Shown piece after piece: positions 18,205-27,515 of a stretch of DNA of 43,001 bases. The stretch lies in the NCBI GenBank assembly GCA_020354105.1, contig CP070642.1, forward strand, positions 1,541,044 to 1,584,044, read 5' to 3'. Numbering within the stretch: position 1 is the stretch's first letter; every line of letters begins with the position of its first letter. The position numbers and the translations under genes are program-made. This stretch comes from Chloroflexota bacterium. Lineage in GTDB: Bacteria > Chloroflexota > Dehalococcoidia > GIF9 > UBA5629. The notes beneath the pieces were generated by a model. That model worked only from the letters and a program-made list of their open reading frames with translations. It was not told the origin of the DNA and ran no database searches.

Positions 18205-19746
18205 CTAGCTCCTTCCTTCATACACGTTTAGCCTGGGTAATAAGCCGGGAATCTCCTGAAATATCTTAGAGGTTGTAATCGAATCTATATGTTCTACAGG
18301 CTTTGCCAAAAGCTCATTCATTCTCTCGTAGGCTAGTGCGAACACATTATCGCTTGCCAGATCTCCTTCAAAAGGATAAGGTGGCGAGATCTCTCCGCTA
18401 CGCATAACGGGGCGAATGTGGCGAATGTACATCTTCTGAGGCGTTGCGACCACCTCTCTTATCTGCGTCAGGGTTTCAGAAATCTCCTTTTCGCCGATCA
18501 GCGCTGGCTTCAGTAAGAATTTGATCATCTGGAAATGGGCATCATCCAAGACTGCTTGGAGCAGGCAAAAGATGGCATTGCAATCAAGGAGGCCATAGGC
18601 ACAATGCAGAAACTGTGGTCCACTCAAAGTGACGACTAAATCTGAGAACAATCTCCCTATAGACGATTGCTGCCCCGGTATCTTGGCATCACAAACACCT
18701 GATGTAGAGTAGTTTGGTATCTTGTAGAACCTTGCCATTTGCACGCAATCGATGTTGTACTGGCTAGTTTCAACAGAACCGTATGAGTCACCAAGGGTGT
18801 CCATCCGTGCTCTTACTGGCACGCTCCCATAAAGAACCGGCGTCCCCTTATTTACCAGTTGGCTCAGCGTTATGCCAGCTAATACTTCAGCATTTATTTG
18901 AGCCATAATACCGGATTCCCTGATAGGAGCGCTGGTACCGGCTTGAGGTGACGATGAAACCACCACAGGCAGGCCTCTTCGACAAACCTCAATAAAAGTA
19001 TCTGTTGTATCCTCAACGAACTGTAAAGGGCTTTTTACTAAGCAGGTAATAAAGGAAATAATGGGGTTTTCCTTGAGCTGCTCTTTGCCCCCTACTATCA
19101 ACTCCGCCATCCTCACAACGTTGTCCAGTTGGTGCAAGCTAGTAAGTCCTGACATAACATGCTTGGTGGTATTATTCAAAGAGGCAAAGAACTTATTGAC
19201 GTCTTTGTTATCTTCCGTAATGTCTTTGTCTTGGATATTTACAGTACGAATGTAGCCATCCACAGTCTGCAGATGCTCACAGACATGGGCTGACTTGCAC
19301 AAGTCAGCAACTGTTCCGCGCCGGGGATGGAACTCAGGTACCCTAATCTCAGTAGCAGGCTCGGATTTTCTGACATAGGTTTGGAAATCAACGTCCAGCC
19401 AAGTATTCGTTTCAGAGCCGGTAATAAAGAATACCCGTGGCTCATCCCCTTTCATTACTAGGATATTTTCAAGGTTCCTTGCACCCAGCTTGACTGTCTT
19501 GTTTGTACTATCCACGGCACTGAGGACGAGTTCCTCGGGTATTCTTATCAGCCAGCTGGGATTATCTCCGGAGGAAACTGTTGTCACATCTGCGCCATTG
19601 CTGCGAAATATCTCCGCTGCATCCTTATTGAAAGATATTAGACCAGGATCACTTAGAATCTCCATGGAAGCGTGGTGAATCTGCTGTACCTGCTCATCGG
19701 TAATCCTTTCATAAGGCGTGCGCACTAAAATTCCTTCTCTGGGCAT
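18205..19746 (-). CDS. MttB-superfamily (COG5598) methyltransferase, non-pyrrolysine (MttB-1)
   Basis: 513 aa. Family hallmarks NNTTKHVMSG and the opening ITDEQVQQIHHASMEILSDPG. No in-frame TAG. RBS AGGAGG. Its stop lies 2 nt before the CoP1 start. Confidence 0.9.
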   Translation of the reverse strand: MPREGILVRTPYERITDEQVQQIHHASMEILSDPGLISFNKDAAEIFRSNGADVTTVSSGDNPSWLIRIPEELVLSAVDSTNKTVKLGARNLENILVMKGDEPRVFFITGSETNTWLDVDFQTYVRKSEPATEIRVPEFHPRRGTVADLCKSAHVCEHLQTVDGYIRTVNIQDKDITEDNKDVNKFFASLNNTTKHVMSGLTSLHQLDNVVRMAELIVGGKEQLKENPIISFITCLVKSPLQFVEDTTDTFIEVCRRGLPVVVSSSPQAGTSAPIRESGIMAQINAEVLAGITLSQLVNKGTPVLYGSVPVRARMDTLGDSYGSVETSQYNIDCVQMARFYKIPNYSTSGVCDAKIPGQQSSIGRLFSDLVVTLSGPQFLHCAYGLLDCNAIFCLLQAVLDDAHFQMIKFLLKPALIGEKEISETLTQIREVVATPQKMYIRHIRPVMRSGEISPPYPFEGDLASDNVFALAYERMNELLAKPVEHIDSITTSKIFQEIPGLLPRLNVYEGRS

Positions 19747-19820
19747 CCGATACCTCCTTCTAAGATTTCAGCTTGGGTAGCGTTTAGAATTTAGGTGCTG
19801 TTTTTAAGCAAAGTCCTTGC

Positions 19821-20513
19821 TCACGCAGAACCAGCGTCGAATAGCGATTCCACTACCCGGACTGCATTAAAGCCATCTGCGCCATAACCATCTGCGCCTA
19901 TACTTTTAGCGAAATCCTCTGAGACGGGAGCTCCGCCTATGATTACCTTAACCTTGTCTCTTAATCCGGCATCATTAAGCGCCTGAATGACGTCTGCCAT
20001 GTTTGCCATGGTGCTGATAAGCAGCGCTGATAATCCTAGTAATTGAGGCTGTTCTTCTCTAACTGCCTCCACAATCGTCGAGGTATCGATGTCGTTTCCC
20101 AGGTCCTTCACTGTGTAGCCCGCACCTCGGAGCAGTATCGATACTATGTTCTTGCCAATGTCGTGTAGGTCTCCCTTCACAGTAGCTACGATTATCTTAC
20201 CCTTAGCCTTGATCCCGGTTCCGGCTAGATGAGGCTCCAAAATGTCCATAGCTGCTCCAACTGCTTGAGCAGCTGCCAACATATCCGGGATGAAATACTC
20301 CTTGGCCTCGAATTTCTGACCCACAATTTCCATACCCTTGGTAAGCCCTTTGCTAATTATGTCCTGGGGGTCTATCTTCTGAACCAGCGCTGCTTCAACG
20401 AGTTCAGTAACTCCAGGCTGACCAGCCATTCCTTCTTCGAAGCCCTCATCGTCCTTGGTAATTCTTCCCTGGATGACATTCTCTTGGATTAACTTTAATA
20501 TGTCTTCTGCCAT
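19821..20513 (-). CDS. Corrinoid methyl-carrier protein (CoP2)
   Basis: 230 aa with KGDLHDIGKNIV (DxHxxG). About 60 percent identical to CoP1 over the first 96 residues by hand alignment. Confidence 0.9.
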   Translation of the reverse strand: MAEDILKLIQENVIQGRITKDDEGFEEGMAGQPGVTELVEAALVQKIDPQDIISKGLTKGMEIVGQKFEAKEYFIPDMLAAAQAVGAAMDILEPHLAGTGIKAKGKIIVATVKGDLHDIGKNIVSILLRGAGYTVKDLGNDIDTSTIVEAVREEQPQLLGLSALLISTMANMADVIQALNDAGLRDKVKVIIGGAPVSEDFAKSIGADGYGADGFNAVRVVESLFDAGSA

Positions 20514-20535
20514 TTTTGTCCTCCAGTCTGCCTAC

Positions 20536-21345
20536 TTAGTCAACTATTTTGCCTTGCCTGTAGGCTTTGATATAACCTTTGCATAACGCATCTTTGCCTG
20601 TGAGCATGTCACTTATTCTGACCAAGCTCATAGCCTTGCCATCCAGCGGGTCAAGGATTGCCGCATCAAGGCCGGCATAGGCAGCCATCAGCAGAAAGGC
20701 GCGGTTCACCAGCTTTCTATTTGGCAAGCCGAAAGATATATTGCTCAGTCCCATTACCGTCTTTGCTTCAGGATAGCGAGCCTTTATCTGCTCTATCGTC
20801 TTCAGCGTTACAAGTCCTTGCCTAGAATCTACAGCTATGGGCAACACTAGAGGATCAAAGTATATCTGTTCCGCCGTCATGCCTATACCGGTCAAGTTTG
20901 TCAGTATTGCTTCACAGGCCTCCAATCGCCGCTCGACCGTATCTGGTATGCCCTCGGAGCCCATTGCCAGTGCCACCAGCAACGCCTTGCGTTTGGCTGC
21001 TAAAGGCCCGATGGATTCTAGCCTCTCAGGCTCCGCAGTGACTGAGTTGATCATCACCGTTTCGCCACTATAGTTGCCCAGAGCAACTTCAATGATACGT
21101 GGGACATCACTATCAATGGTGAGCGGTTTATCCGTAACCGCTTGGACCGTCTTTACCAGCCATTCAATGCTCTCTGTCTCCTGTCCCTGAGTACCCTGTC
21201 CAGCACCTACATTTACGTCTATAAAATCAGCTCCGGCTTCAGCCTGAGCCTTTGCCATACCTTCAATAAATTCTCTATCCCTTCCGGCAATTGCCTCAGC
21301 AACCGTCTTATTTGATGCATTGATACACTCCCCTATTACCAGCAT
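20536..21345 (-). CDS. Methylcorrinoid:tetrahydrofolate methyltransferase (pterin-binding domain, MtgA/MtrH/AcsE-like)
   Basis: 269 aa. VIGECINASNK, ADFIDVN, LTIDS, MINSV and GLSNISFGLPNR are typical pterin-binding (DHPS-like TIM barrel) motifs. Confidence 0.85.
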   Translation of the reverse strand: MLVIGECINASNKTVAEAIAGRDREFIEGMAKAQAEAGADFIDVNVGAGQGTQGQETESIEWLVKTVQAVTDKPLTIDSDVPRIIEVALGNYSGETVMINSVTAEPERLESIGPLAAKRKALLVALAMGSEGIPDTVERRLEACEAILTNLTGIGMTAEQIYFDPLVLPIAVDSRQGLVTLKTIEQIKARYPEAKTVMGLSNISFGLPNRKLVNRAFLLMAAYAGLDAAILDPLDGKAMSLVRISDMLTGKDALCKGYIKAYRQGKIVD

Positions 21346-21348
21346 ACC

Positions 21349-22788
21349 CTACTCCACAATTCCTTTAATCTCCGCCAGTACCTGGCTCCTTACCTCTGCA
21401 GGCAAGCTATACTTGTGCGCTGCGATTATCTCTTTCACCTGCTCCGAGGCTCTTTCCCACGTGCTTTTTCTGCCATTGTTTTCCCATTCTTCCCTGCTGT
21501 GCCTGTCGCTCAGGGAAGGTTGATAGTGCTCATTGCGCATAAAACGTCTGGTGTGTTTGGCTGCGATGAAATTGCCTCCGGGTCCGACTTCCTTGATGAG
21601 ATCGAAGGCCAGCGTGTCTTCGTTAACCTTTATACCTTCGACTGCCCTCATGACCATTCCCAGTATCTCATTGTCTATTACATACTTCTCGTAGCATACC
21701 GTCATGGCGAATTCCATTAACCCTGCGGCATCGTGAATGAAATTTGCGCCAGACAGCGCACAAAGTAGATTAGTAAGGGCCGACTCATAACCACACTGAG
21801 CATCCAATATCTTGGAGTCGGTCATACCGGCCGTGGCATAGAAGGGAAGCTTGTAGAACTGGGCCATCTGAGCGCCCGCTGCATTGATTAACCCCATCTC
21901 AATTGATCCAGCAAGGTATTTCAGGTCAGTAAGGTCGGTATTGGTGGCCACAGAGCCCAGCATAACCGGAGTTCCCGGGTTTACAACTTGTGTAAGCATT
22001 ACGCCCATCAGGGAGTCCACAGTCTGGATTGCCAGGTTCCCCGCAAGTGTAATAGGTGACGTTGCCCCACATAATGGCTCCGCCGGGCATGCCAGAGGCA
22101 CGCCGCTCTTGGCGATGGTCAACAATAGGTCACCATAGGTGCTGTCCATCTTAAGAGGGCTTATACTACAGGTTATCATGGATATAAGAGGACGTTCCCT
22201 GAGCTTTTCTGCAGAGCCTGTGATGAGTTCTGCCATCCTTATAACCTGTTTCACTCCGTCGATCGTATAAACGCCCCCCATGACATGCTTAGTTGTATTG
22301 TCCAGGCCGGTGAAGAAACGGTTGACGTCCACACAATCCAATTGAAGCTCAGTGGGATAGGTTGGCAGCAGGAAAAAATGGATGTTTTCAAGGCCGTCAA
22401 CCAGTCTAGCGATGTTTTTGAGGTCTTCAAGTATGGCAGATTGCTTCGTATCCGTATCCGGATGGTAAACGTAAAGTGCAGTGCCCCCTGTACCTGCGTA
22501 CACCCGCTGACCTCCCAAAGCAATATCATTCTTCTCTTGCTGCCCGCAGAGTTTGATCTCGGAGGGCGCTGTACTAATCAGTTCCATGACCCTATTCTCA
22601 GGCAAGCGTACCCGCCGCATTTCCCAGTCAACCTGAGCCCCAGCTTGCTCAAAGAGGTACAACGCAGTTTTTGAATTTACTTCGAATCCCACCTCCTCTA
22701 TAATCCGCATGGCAGTATGATGCACCATACCGATAGCCTCGTCTGTAAGAGGTTTGAAACTGCCTCCGGGCAATCCTCTTCGAATCAT
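21349..22788 (-). CDS. MttB-superfamily methyltransferase, non-pyrrolysine (MttB-2)
   Basis: Start set at ATG 22788 (MIRRGLPGGSFKPLTDEAIGMVHHTAMRIIEEVG). The track start 22869 would overlap the upstream gene by 70 nt. DNTTKHVMGG is present and there is no in-frame TAG. The start remains somewhat uncertain because GGAGG sits 14 nt upstream. Confidence 0.88.
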   Translation of the reverse strand: MIRRGLPGGSFKPLTDEAIGMVHHTAMRIIEEVGFEVNSKTALYLFEQAGAQVDWEMRRVRLPENRVMELISTAPSEIKLCGQQEKNDIALGGQRVYAGTGGTALYVYHPDTDTKQSAILEDLKNIARLVDGLENIHFFLLPTYPTELQLDCVDVNRFFTGLDNTTKHVMGGVYTIDGVKQVIRMAELITGSAEKLRERPLISMITCSISPLKMDSTYGDLLLTIAKSGVPLACPAEPLCGATSPITLAGNLAIQTVDSLMGVMLTQVVNPGTPVMLGSVATNTDLTDLKYLAGSIEMGLINAAGAQMAQFYKLPFYATAGMTDSKILDAQCGYESALTNLLCALSGANFIHDAAGLMEFAMTVCYEKYVIDNEILGMVMRAVEGIKVNEDTLAFDLIKEVGPGGNFIAAKHTRRFMRNEHYQPSLSDRHSREEWENNGRKSTWERASEQVKEIIAAHKYSLPAEVRSQVLAEIKGIVE

Positions 22789-22799
22789 ATGTGTATGCT

Positions 22800-23522
22800 C
22801 TACCTCCTTCCTAGACAATTGCGCTTGCTGCAAGTTCTGCATGGGTTGTAGGCCTCTATATCTGCGCAAGAGGGACCGATACCGACAATGCCGGATATTG
22901 ACTTCTGTGGGATCATTAGATATCCCGCGGTTAATCGGACTCCTACTGAGTCACTATCAATCAAGCGAAAAAGCTGTTTCTGTTGCCTTATGCTCCAATC
23001 ACAGTAGCCTGGGCTGAAACGCCGGCTGACACAAAGCCCTTTGACCGAGGCCATTTTTCTTATCTCAGCCTCCATCATTTCAGCCATTTGCTCAACAGCG
23101 CTTGACCCTACTGCATCCAGTACATAGGACTCAAGTATAAGCCCATCATCACCCAGACAAGTCGCCTTTTCTTCAAGTTTATTGCCTATTGTCACTAGAA
23201 AAACCCCGACTTGCTGACATTTTTCCAAGAGTCGCGCGATGACATGACTTCGGAACATGACGAAGTCTCCAATGAACACGTCCCTTTCCCGCACCGTGTC
23301 GATATTTTTAACAACATATGAATATGATGGTTTTATAATCTTTTTTACGAACTGAACATACTCATTGATTAAAGCGGCGATTCGAGGTGATGGCTCACAA
23401 TCACCTTTGTAGCCGATACGGCTTAAAACTTGTCGTTCGTCTACTTCGATTTCTAGTTGCACGGCTGAGGTTTTAGTAATCATGATGTCCCACAATGATT
23501 CAAAGTCAATACCCTCAAACAA
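22800..23522 (-). CDS. Standalone methionine-synthase (MetH) activation-domain-like protein with a C-terminal Cys cluster
   Basis: 240 aa. RRFSPGYCDWSIRQQKQLFRLID...GVRLTAGYLMIPQKSISGIVGIG parallels E. coli MetH RPAPGYPACPEHTEK...LTESFAMWPGASVSG. The C-terminal tail is C-X8-C-X2-C-X4-C. The track start is TTG 23522; ATG 23483 is an alternative. Confidence 0.72.
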   Translation of the reverse strand: MFEGIDFESLWDIMITKTSAVQLEIEVDERQVLSRIGYKGDCEPSPRIAALINEYVQFVKKIIKPSYSYVVKNIDTVRERDVFIGDFVMFRSHVIARLLEKCQQVGVFLVTIGNKLEEKATCLGDDGLILESYVLDAVGSSAVEQMAEMMEAEIRKMASVKGLCVSRRFSPGYCDWSIRQQKQLFRLIDSDSVGVRLTAGYLMIPQKSISGIVGIGPSCADIEAYNPCRTCSKRNCLGRR

Positions 23523-23810
23523 ATAGCTGCAAGGTGGATTACGTCAGGTGAGATATGAACGGCACAGAAGAGGTGGAGCAAAACTGGGTAGGGTTAAGGT
23601 ACGTAAATCACAAAAATATCAGCATACCTTGCCTTTCAACCATGTGTGACCATCTTTAATGTTAAGATATGCCACACCTTGTCAAAAATAAGAGAAGATA
23701 CCCCTCACCTAAATTAACACTCTGGTGCTTTGGGCTCTTTCCCGACGTGCATTAGTAACTATTTACTTGTTCTCCTGGATGCTGTATATTATATCACATT
23801 GAATGCTGAT

Positions 23811-23838
23811 TTGCACCCTTCTCAATTGCCATTATAAT
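23811..23838 (+). promoter_or_regulatory. Candidate sigma70-type promoter for the plus-strand genes
   Basis: TTGCAC (23811..23816), a 16-nt spacer, then a perfect TATAAT (23833..23838), in the 384-bp divergent intergenic region. Confidence 0.45.
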
Positions 23839-23945
23839 AGCAGATGAACTGCCGGATCTTCGCCATTAACTCCAAAGGTTGCAGTTCTATTTAGCCACTA
23901 CGAATTGTGAGGTACAAATGGCCGCAGTATGCTTGCAAAGAGGAC

Positions 23946-24266
23946 ATGATGGAGACATTTAGGGTTGAAGCAGTTGTTGATGGGAACACGTTTGAGGTGT
24001 CTCCTCCCTGGGAATTGAGCGGAGAAACTGGAAATATTGTGCAAGCGATAGGCTACAATGCGCCAAAGAGTGGCAAGGGAGCAGTGGCTGCTGAACAAAG
24101 GCTTTCCATTCTTATGCAGAACAAGAATGTTGAATTAGAAGCACCGCAGGGCATAGAAGGCGGCAGATTGCTCTGCAAAGTGTACTTTCAGGGCATTAAC
24201 CTTGCAGATTATTTCAAAGCGTATAAAGAGCAGGATGATGAACCGATTGAAGAACTCGAGGAGTGA
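23946..24266 (+). CDS. Small staphylococcal-nuclease (SNase/OB-fold)-like protein with substituted catalytic residues
   Basis: About 106 aa from ATG 23946 (the track uses GTG 23907). VVDGNTFEV...IVQAIGYNAPK...GGRLLCKVY aligns by eye with SNase IDGDTVKL...FRLLLVDTPE...YGRGLAYIY. The counterparts of D21, R35, D40 and E43 are N, Q, N and K. The tail is acidic. Confidence 0.5.
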   Translation: MMETFRVEAVVDGNTFEVSPPWELSGETGNIVQAIGYNAPKSGKGAVAAEQRLSILMQNKNVELEAPQGIEGGRLLCKVYFQGINLADYFKAYKEQDDEPIEELEE

Positions 24267-24510
24267 ACTAGATATTCTTTCCGGCACCACTGGGGGTCGT
24301 CAATCTCCCACACATACTTTCATGTCATCTGTGGCTTGTCAACAATTCTGTCCTAGTATGTGTCCTTTCTTGCTCATGCCCTGGTAAAAAATTGCATTGA
24401 CTATTAGATTCCCAGTATAGTGATAATGCCTGGTAACATCGTCCAGACGACAATTATTTGTGGCATCCATAGTGCTGGCGTAAATATAGAATGCAAAAAG
24501 AGGGCCGATA

Positions 24511-25305
24511 GTGATAATTGTAGGAGAGAAAATAAATACCAGCCGGAAGAGTATAGAAGAAGCTGTTAAAAATCGTGATACCTCATTCATCGTCAGAGTA
24601 GCTAGAGAGCAAGCCGAAGCGGGCGCTAACTATATTGACGTCAATGCCGGAACCTTTTTGGATAAAGAAACAGACTACCTGAGTTGGCTGGTTGAGGCAG
24701 TGCAAAGTGAAGTTGACATACCACTAGCGCTGGATAGTCCTAACCCGAAAGCTCTGGCCGAAGCGATAAAGCGCCATAAAGGTGTGCCGATGATTAATTC
24801 CATTTCGCTTGAGGAGGACCGGCTCCAATCCCTGCTTCCTATAATCTCCGCTCAGCCCTGCAATGTAGTAGCACTCTGTATGTCTCAAACATCTATGCCC
24901 ACCACCGTGGAAGAAAGGGTGGCGGTAGGTTCGGAACTTATCAAAAAGCTTACCGGTGCAGGTACTCCTCTGGAGATGATTTATGTGGACCCTCTAATAC
25001 AGCCTATCTCCGTAGATGTCAACATGGCACTAGCTGCCCTCGGAGCCATTCGGAAAATCATGCACGATTTCCCAGGCGTGAATACTATCTGCGGCCTCTC
25101 CAACGTCTCCTTCGGCCTACCGAAGCGCCGCATAATCAATCGCAACTTTCTGTCTCTGTGCATTTCCTACGGTCTGTCTGCTGTAATTATGGACCCAGCT
25201 GACAGGGAACTGATGACAACTCTGATTACTGTGGAGATGCTCCTTGGCCGGGACGAATATTGTGGAAACTATATCGAGGCTTATCAAAATGGGCACCTTG
25301 AATGA
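24511..25305 (+). CDS. Methylcorrinoid:tetrahydrofolate methyltransferase (pterin-binding domain), second copy
   Basis: 264 aa with a GTG start and RBS AGAGGG. VGEKINTSRK, ANYIDVN, LALDS, MINSI and GLSNVSFGLPKR. Confidence 0.85.
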   Translation: MIIVGEKINTSRKSIEEAVKNRDTSFIVRVAREQAEAGANYIDVNAGTFLDKETDYLSWLVEAVQSEVDIPLALDSPNPKALAEAIKRHKGVPMINSISLEEDRLQSLLPIISAQPCNVVALCMSQTSMPTTVEERVAVGSELIKKLTGAGTPLEMIYVDPLIQPISVDVNMALAALGAIRKIMHDFPGVNTICGLSNVSFGLPKRRIINRNFLSLCISYGLSAVIMDPADRELMTTLITVEMLLGRDEYCGNYIEAYQNGHLE

Positions 25306-25389
25306 GTACAATGTTTGATTTTTATGGCTTTTCAGGGGCAACTGTGGTAAACGAGCGACAATCCTAAAACGAGCGAAAGGAGGTTGAAG

Positions 25390-26028
25390 ATGAACGACTT
25401 TAAGGCACTATCTGAAGCTGTGAACAAGGGAGATAACAAGACTGCCTTGGTAGAAGTCCAGAAATCGCTGGACGCTGGTAGCAGTGCCGAGGAGATTCTA
25501 AACAAAGGACTGATTACTGCTATGAACGAGGTGGGAGACAAATTTTCCAAGGGGCTCATATTTGTTCCACAAATGCTACGATCTGCTAAAACCATGCAAG
25601 AGTGTACTAACTTGCTCCAGCCGTTTTTCCAGGAAGGTGATATCACCTCCAAAGGAAAGGTGCTGATTGGGACGGTCAAGGGAGACCTGCATGACATCGG
25701 CAAAAACCTGGTTTCAATGATGTTAGAGGGTGCAGGATTTACTATAACAGACTTGGGAGTGGACATACCCCCTGAAAAGTTTGTGGAGAAGACGAAGGAG
25801 GTAAAACCAGATATAATCGGTTTGTCTGCGTTACTCTCCACTACTATGCCAGCCATGGCCCAGACCATAGAGGCTCTGCAGAAAGCCGGACTAAGAGATC
25901 AAGTTAAGATAATAATTGGTGGCGCTCCTGTAACCGAAAAATACGCACAACAGATAAATGCGGACTCATATGCGCCCGACGCAGGTTCTGCCGTAAACAA
26001 AGCCAAAGCGCTGCTTGGCATCTCCTGA
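25390..26028 (+). CDS. Corrinoid methyl-carrier protein (CoP3)
   Basis: Start at ATG 25390, 6 nt after AAAGGAGG (the track uses TTG 25384). KGDLHDIGKNLV (DxHxxG) and SALLSTTM. Confidence 0.9.
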   Translation: MNDFKALSEAVNKGDNKTALVEVQKSLDAGSSAEEILNKGLITAMNEVGDKFSKGLIFVPQMLRSAKTMQECTNLLQPFFQEGDITSKGKVLIGTVKGDLHDIGKNLVSMMLEGAGFTITDLGVDIPPEKFVEKTKEVKPDIIGLSALLSTTMPAMAQTIEALQKAGLRDQVKIIIGGAPVTEKYAQQINADSYAPDAGSAVNKAKALLGIS

Positions 26029-26053
26029 GAACATATCATTGAAGAGGTGAGTT

Positions 26054-27502
26054 ATGAAATCCTCGGAAGTTCCAGGCTTTCGCCCCCGACTAAAAGTGCT
26101 CAATCGTGAGCAGGTACTGGCTATTCATAGTGCTGCCTTGGAAATCTTGGAAAAGACAGGGTTCAAGATGGAGCACCCGGGTGCACTGAGAATGCTGCTC
26201 AATGCTGGCTGCAAGGTCAGCGGTCAAGATTGGGTTAGGCTTCCTGTCAAGCTTGTTGAAGATGCCTTGCGTTCAGCTCCTAGGCAGATTGATCTCTATG
26301 ACCAGAAGGGTAACAAAACAATGCCTCTGGTTAACGGCAACTATTTCTATGGCACTGGCTCAGATGCTACTTTCACTGTTGACATTGAGACAGGCCAGCG
26401 CCGCAGATCCACCCTAAAAGATGCCGCCAATTTTGCCAGGCTTATCGATGGACTGGAGAACATGGATTTTGCCATGTCTATGTCAAATCCGGTAGATGCT
26501 CCTATCGAAGATATCTACGTCTATGTTTTTGCTGAAATGATAAAAAATACCAATAAACCTATTGTGTGCATCGCAGATAGCGGTAGAGACATCGCCAAAA
26601 TATACCAGATTGCCTGCCAGGTGGTCGGTAGCGAAGAAGCGCTACAGCAGAAACCATTTATCCTCAATTATTCGGAGGCTATCAGCCCGCTGCGTTTTCC
26701 TGAAAACGTAATGGAGAGGCTCATTTTCTGTGCCGAAAAGAAGATACCTGTCTGCCTCCCCTCTGGATCCAATGCCGGAGGCGGAGCACCGATCACCCTT
26801 GCCGGAGCAATGGCTCTGGGAATAGCAGAGAATTTGATAGGATTGGTGGTACACCAACTTGCCGGCAAAGGTTCTCCCTTTCTGTTTGGCCCCAATGTCA
26901 GTACTCTGGACATGAAATCAACCATCGTTTCGTACGGGTGCCCGGAATGGAGCTTGACACAGGCGGCTCTTGCCGACATGCGAGATGAACTATATGGGTT
27001 GCCCATCTGGGCTTATGCCGGAGCCACCGATGCAAAATTAATGGATGCCCAAGCGGGAGCTGAGGCTATGTTTTCCATCGTCACCGCCATGCTTTCCCGG
27101 GCTAATTTAATCCACGATGTAGGTTTTCTCGAATACGGGAGCACCTCCTCCCTTGAAATGGTTACTATGGCTAATGAACTGGTCGCCATGAGTCGTTTCT
27201 TCACCGCTGGCATTACGGTAAATGAGGAAACCATGGCTCTGGAAGCCATAGAGAGGGTAGCAACTGGTGCCCCGGGTTCCATTTTCTTAATGGACGACCA
27301 TACCTTTGAACACTTTATGCAAGCTCAGTTTTTACCGAAGCTTCTAGACCGTTCCCGCTATGATTCTTGGGAGCAATCAGGTTCTTTCGATCTCTATAAG
27401 CGCTGCAATATCGAAGCCAAGAGAATCCTGTCAGAACAACAAGTGGAACCTAAGTCCACTGAAGTACTCAAAGGAATTGAGCAAATCCTCCAAATGCGCT
27501 GA
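26054..27502 (+). CDS. MttB-superfamily methyltransferase, non-pyrrolysine (MttB-3)
   Basis: 482 aa. The opening VLNREQVLAIHSAALEILEKTG and overall family pattern. No in-frame TAG. Confidence 0.9.
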   Translation: MKSSEVPGFRPRLKVLNREQVLAIHSAALEILEKTGFKMEHPGALRMLLNAGCKVSGQDWVRLPVKLVEDALRSAPRQIDLYDQKGNKTMPLVNGNYFYGTGSDATFTVDIETGQRRRSTLKDAANFARLIDGLENMDFAMSMSNPVDAPIEDIYVYVFAEMIKNTNKPIVCIADSGRDIAKIYQIACQVVGSEEALQQKPFILNYSEAISPLRFPENVMERLIFCAEKKIPVCLPSGSNAGGGAPITLAGAMALGIAENLIGLVVHQLAGKGSPFLFGPNVSTLDMKSTIVSYGCPEWSLTQAALADMRDELYGLPIWAYAGATDAKLMDAQAGAEAMFSIVTAMLSRANLIHDVGFLEYGSTSSLEMVTMANELVAMSRFFTAGITVNEETMALEAIERVATGAPGSIFLMDDHTFEHFMQAQFLPKLLDRSRYDSWEQSGSFDLYKRCNIEAKRILSEQQVEPKSTEVLKGIEQILQMR

Positions 27503-27515
27503 CGGAAGTTCGAAT

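Noticed and set aside
22789-22869. N-terminal extensions given by the ORF track: 22869 for MttB-2, 27360 for MttB-4, 11925 for iorB, 37017 for porA, 29568 for the activase, 13798 for the zinc-ribbon ORF
   Set aside because: The extensions overlap the preceding gene by 40-160 nt and lack family-like sequence. Internal ATG starts with RBS-like elements or stop-start coupling fit better. MttB-2 and the activase starts remain the least certain.
24397-24427. TTGACT (24397..24402) with TATAGT or GATAAT downstream as a promoter for the plus operon
   Set aside because: The spacers are 13 or 19 nt, neither compatible with a canonical sigma70 promoter. It is not listed as a feature.
23523-24510. Possible cobalamin riboswitch or other structured leader in the long intergenic regions flanking the corrinoid operons
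   Set aside because: I read both strands. I found no B12-box-like element (AGYCMGGAGACCKGCC type), no GCCACTG core and no CCCGCAAC core. The only hairpins have 4-5 bp stems. A covariance-model scan would be the decisive test.
24202-24590. Track ORFs 24202..24387(+) and 24339..24590(-) in the gap before the plus operon
   Set aside because: They overlap the end of the SNase-like gene and the start of the MT2 gene respectively. They have no RBS and no recognisable motifs, so they are treated as noncoding leader.
25332-25868. Long antisense ORFs inside strong genes, for example 25332..25868(-), 11559..11993(-), 32779..33186(+), 27965..28327(-), 17817..18269(+), 40830..41195(+)
   Set aside because: Each is fully embedded opposite a gene with unmistakable family motifs. 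Each also has the S/P/A/T-rich composition typical of antisense frames. None are called.
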